DNA of 44,895 nucleotides from Escherichia phage VEc3, in sequence record NC_047899.1, one strand, 5' to 3'. The notes beneath the pieces are model-generated. The model had not been told where the DNA came from and searched no databases. It saw only the letters and a program-made list of their open reading frames with translations. The position numbers and the translations under genes were made by a program. Of this stretch, positions 42,456 to 44,895 are shown one piece after another (the stretch's first letter is position 1; each line of letters opens with the position of its first letter).

Positions 42456-44159
42456 ATGCTTCAAAGATTAGGCTCCAAATTAGTCTCATCTAAAGTTTCA
42501 CACTATGGTGTTTCTAGGGTACTATCAGATAAACTAGATGAAATAGTTACACCATTAGATATTAATAGTGGCAATTCATTAGTTCAAGCTATGGCTGCAT
42601 CTGGTAATAGGTTCTCCGTGTTTAACTCAACAGATACCTTCAAGATTACAGTAGGCGATGGTGGAGACTATTCAACTTTGTACGAAGCCATAGAGGGTGC
42701 TTGCAAAATGCGACCTACCTATAAAGAAGGTAAGAGCTATTGTGAAATCTCTCTTAAAAGAGGCTTTATATTAAGAGAGCAATTGGAGTTCACGGGAGGT
42801 TTTGACTTATCTTGGATTAAGATAACATCTGAAGATGAAGTAGTGTATGCAGATACTTCGTCCTTTACAAAGAAAGTAAGACATTACTATGAGTATAAGT
42901 ACCTGTTCCTATTTACAGAAGGTACAAAGAGTCCTATCTTCTCTATATTGATTCAAGAAAACAGAGATGATAGTGATGTTTGTGCCTTTATGATTACAAG
43001 GTTTGCAGAGCTTAATTTCTGGCCTGGATCTGGTGCACGTAAGTTTTATGTGGGTGTAGATTCTCAGTTTGGATGCTGGATTAAAGGCTACCACACTGGG
43101 TCTGCACCGGACAAGACTGCTGTAGATAAATATCAACCACCGGGGTACTTCCTCTGCGACTTTTCTGATAGCAGATATAATGCCATCATGGCTTACTCTA
43201 GTTATGTACACCTTCCTTGTAGTAAGTTTGATAGAAGTGGTAATAGTTTTAATCAACCCTCTGTTACATGTATTTATAATACAGTTGCACACTTTCAAGG
43301 ATCTTCTGCCAAAGATTGCTACATAGGTTGGAATATACGATATGGAGCACATGTTAACATGCGAGATCATCAAACTACCAACTGTACATACAGAGGTCTT
43401 ACTTGTATACATGGAGTCTTTGTAGATGCAAGACGTCACGATGTGGAAGGGACAGACATACCGACAAGCGGTAAGGTATTAAATCCAGAAGAGCAGAATG
43501 GCTTCTATGGGTGTTTAACAGGTGTGCAAGTAGACGGTGCAACTATTGTAGATCTAGCAGGGAATGATATGCGAAACTGTGGTACTACTATTAAATGCGA
43601 TAACGGTGCTGTGGTTTCAGCTAAAGGATTGGACGTATCTGGAGCTAAGACTATGGTTTTCCAATGCCAAGGTGGCTCAACTGTAGCTTGTCCTAGGTTA
43701 TGGGCAGACAACATCAAACAATTATGTGTGTTACGTTATGACTCAAAAGTAACAAGCCGTTGGGCTACAATAACTACACATACTAAGTTTGAGCAGCTTA
43801 GTCGTTTCTGTGATGCAGATATGTCAAGTCATTTAACTCTATCTGACTCCAAGATAGATGGAGATATAGCATTCTTTGCTGGTAACTCATCTACTATCTC
43901 TATCTCTGGTTCAAGTACGGTTAAAGTAAGAGCCTTTAGATCATTTACTGGTTCTAAGGTTACTCTATCTGGTATTACTTATAACCCTGAGTATGCTAAG
44001 GCTGTATCACCAGAAGAACTACAATTTAGGATTTCTCAAGGAGGGATTATAGCAATGAACCCTATCACCATCTCCGATGGGTCTGTGCCTATCTTGTCTA
44101 AACCACGTAATACCTTATCAGATGCAGGTATTATCTTCTCTGCGGTAGGTAATATCTGA
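42456..44159 (+). CDS. Tailspike 2 / second receptor-binding protein, Cys-rich, AT-rich
   Basis: 567 aa; AAGGAGG RBS; terminal position as in two-tailspike SP6/K1-5-like phages; no domain recognised. Confidence 0.55.
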   Translation: MLQRLGSKLVSSKVSHYGVSRVLSDKLDEIVTPLDINSGNSLVQAMAASGNRFSVFNSTDTFKITVGDGGDYSTLYEAIEGACKMRPTYKEGKSYCEISLKRGFILREQLEFTGGFDLSWIKITSEDEVVYADTSSFTKKVRHYYEYKYLFLFTEGTKSPIFSILIQENRDDSDVCAFMITRFAELNFWPGSGARKFYVGVDSQFGCWIKGYHTGSAPDKTAVDKYQPPGYFLCDFSDSRYNAIMAYSSYVHLPCSKFDRSGNSFNQPSVTCIYNTVAHFQGSSAKDCYIGWNIRYGAHVNMRDHQTTNCTYRGLTCIHGVFVDARRHDVEGTDIPTSGKVLNPEEQNGFYGCLTGVQVDGATIVDLAGNDMRNCGTTIKCDNGAVVSAKGLDVSGAKTMVFQCQGGSTVACPRLWADNIKQLCVLRYDSKVTSRWATITTHTKFEQLSRFCDADMSSHLTLSDSKIDGDIAFFAGNSSTISISGSSTVKVRAFRSFTGSKVTLSGITYNPEYAKAVSPEELQFRISQGGIIAMNPITISDGSVPILSKPRNTLSDAGIIFSAVGNI

Positions 44160-44308
44160 TGCCACTGATCAAGTCAGTTAAGCAAAGTGCTGTACGCCAG
44201 AACACAGAAGAGCTTATTCAATCAGGACGTGACCCTAAGCAGGCTTATGCCATTGCCAAGGATGTACAACGTCGTGCCATGAAGAAACCTTCTGCATCTT
44301 CTGCGTAA
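44159..44308 (+). CDS. Small basic protein (49 aa)
   Basis: ATG overlaps the tailspike 2 stop (TGATG); below track cutoff. Confidence 0.35.
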   Translation: MPLIKSVKQSAVRQNTEELIQSGRDPKQAYAIAKDVQRRAMKKPSASSA

Positions 44309-44376
44309 GCAGGTTAATATCTTAGTGTACACAAGGGCAGACTTAGGTTTGCTCTTAGTGTACCAAAGGAGGTCAC

Positions 44377-44532
44377 ATGATTTGGATTCATACGTATGGT
44401 GTAGGGCCGTTCCAGAAGAATGTACTCAGGAAGATTCATGAGTCCGAGGAATCAGCCTTAGCCAGCCAGAAGGTTCTCGGTGGAACCGTTCAGTGTTACA
44501 TGAAGAAACCACAAGGTTTCGACTTAGTGTAA
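44377..44532 (+). CDS. Small ORF (51 aa), hypothetical
   Basis: AAGGAGG RBS upstream of ATG 44377; last ORF before the right DTR. Confidence 0.35.
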   Translation: MIWIHTYGVGPFQKNVLRKIHESEESALASQKVLGGTVQCYMKKPQGFDLV

Positions 44533-44591
44533 CCATAGGTGATCACAAAGTAACCAAAGTCAAAATTTTGATGTAGGCGTGTGTGAGCTCT

Positions 44592-44895
44592 CTCGCCCTC
44601 GCCCTCGCCGGGTTGTCCCCATAGGGTGGCCTGAGGGAATCCGTCGAAGACGGGCAGGGCTGATGTACTCCTTGTACTAGCTTAGTAGTACACAAGGGCA
44701 GGCCGTACTAGTTAGCTGGTACAGCCTAGTCTTTGCTCATGTACTAGCAAGGTGGAACGCTGGAGAGCGCCTAGGACGGCCTAGGGCACGCCTTAGTGTT
44801 GGACAAGGTGAATGCCTTAGTGAAGCCTCTTAGTGCATTCCTGAGGCCATTCAGGGCGTTTATGAGGTATTGACAGGGTGGGCGTGGGTGGGCTA
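44592..44895. repeat. Right direct terminal repeat (DTR), 304 bp
   Basis: Exact copy of 1-304 at the window end; typical of T7-like linear genomes. Confidence 0.95.

Noticed and set aside
1-44895. Lysogeny module, tRNA genes or toxin-antitoxin pairs
   Set aside because: No integrase, repressor or excisionase-like ORFs, no tRNA-like structures noticed, and gene content is typical of a strictly lytic podophage; a tRNA scan was not run.

Overview
This window is a complete linear genome of a virulent T7-superfamily podophage (Autographiviridae-like), bounded by 304-bp direct terminal repeats at 1-304 and 44592-44895 (unit length about 44.59 kb). All convincing genes are on the + strand in the canonical early, DNA-metabolism, structural/lysis order. 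The transcription machinery is SP6/K1-5-like: an 875-aa single-subunit RNA polymerase and at least 12 copies of a 23-bp promoter of the form ATTTACyGGACACTATAGAAG. The early region is T7-like, with an Ocr (gp0.3) DNA-mimic homolog and a gp1.1-like peptide. Replication genes are primase-helicase, DNA polymerase, an SSB candidate, 5'-3' exonuclease, endonuclease VII and ATP-dependent ligase. The late region encodes portal, scaffold, capsid, tail tube A/B, internal virion proteins (one with a lysozyme domain), tailspike adaptor, holin, terminase small and large subunits, an M15 peptidase endolysin, candidate spanins and two tailspikes. Accessory content includes two AT-rich HNH endonucleases (one between the terminase genes), a GNAT acetyltransferase, a metallophosphoesterase and a tandem pair of paralogous small proteins. 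The most unusual non-coding signals are three rrn-type boxA elements (GCTCTTTAACAAT), each preceded by a hairpin, in the host-transcribed early leader; a 16-bp perfect palindrome (GTCTCACATGTGAGAC) recurring at 7 intergenic sites; a phased CTTAGT repeat array at the left end; and a candidate replication origin between two promoter modules downstream of the RNA polymerase gene. No tRNA, CRISPR, integrase or repressor was seen. All calls are from reading the sequence and recalled family features; no database search was run.
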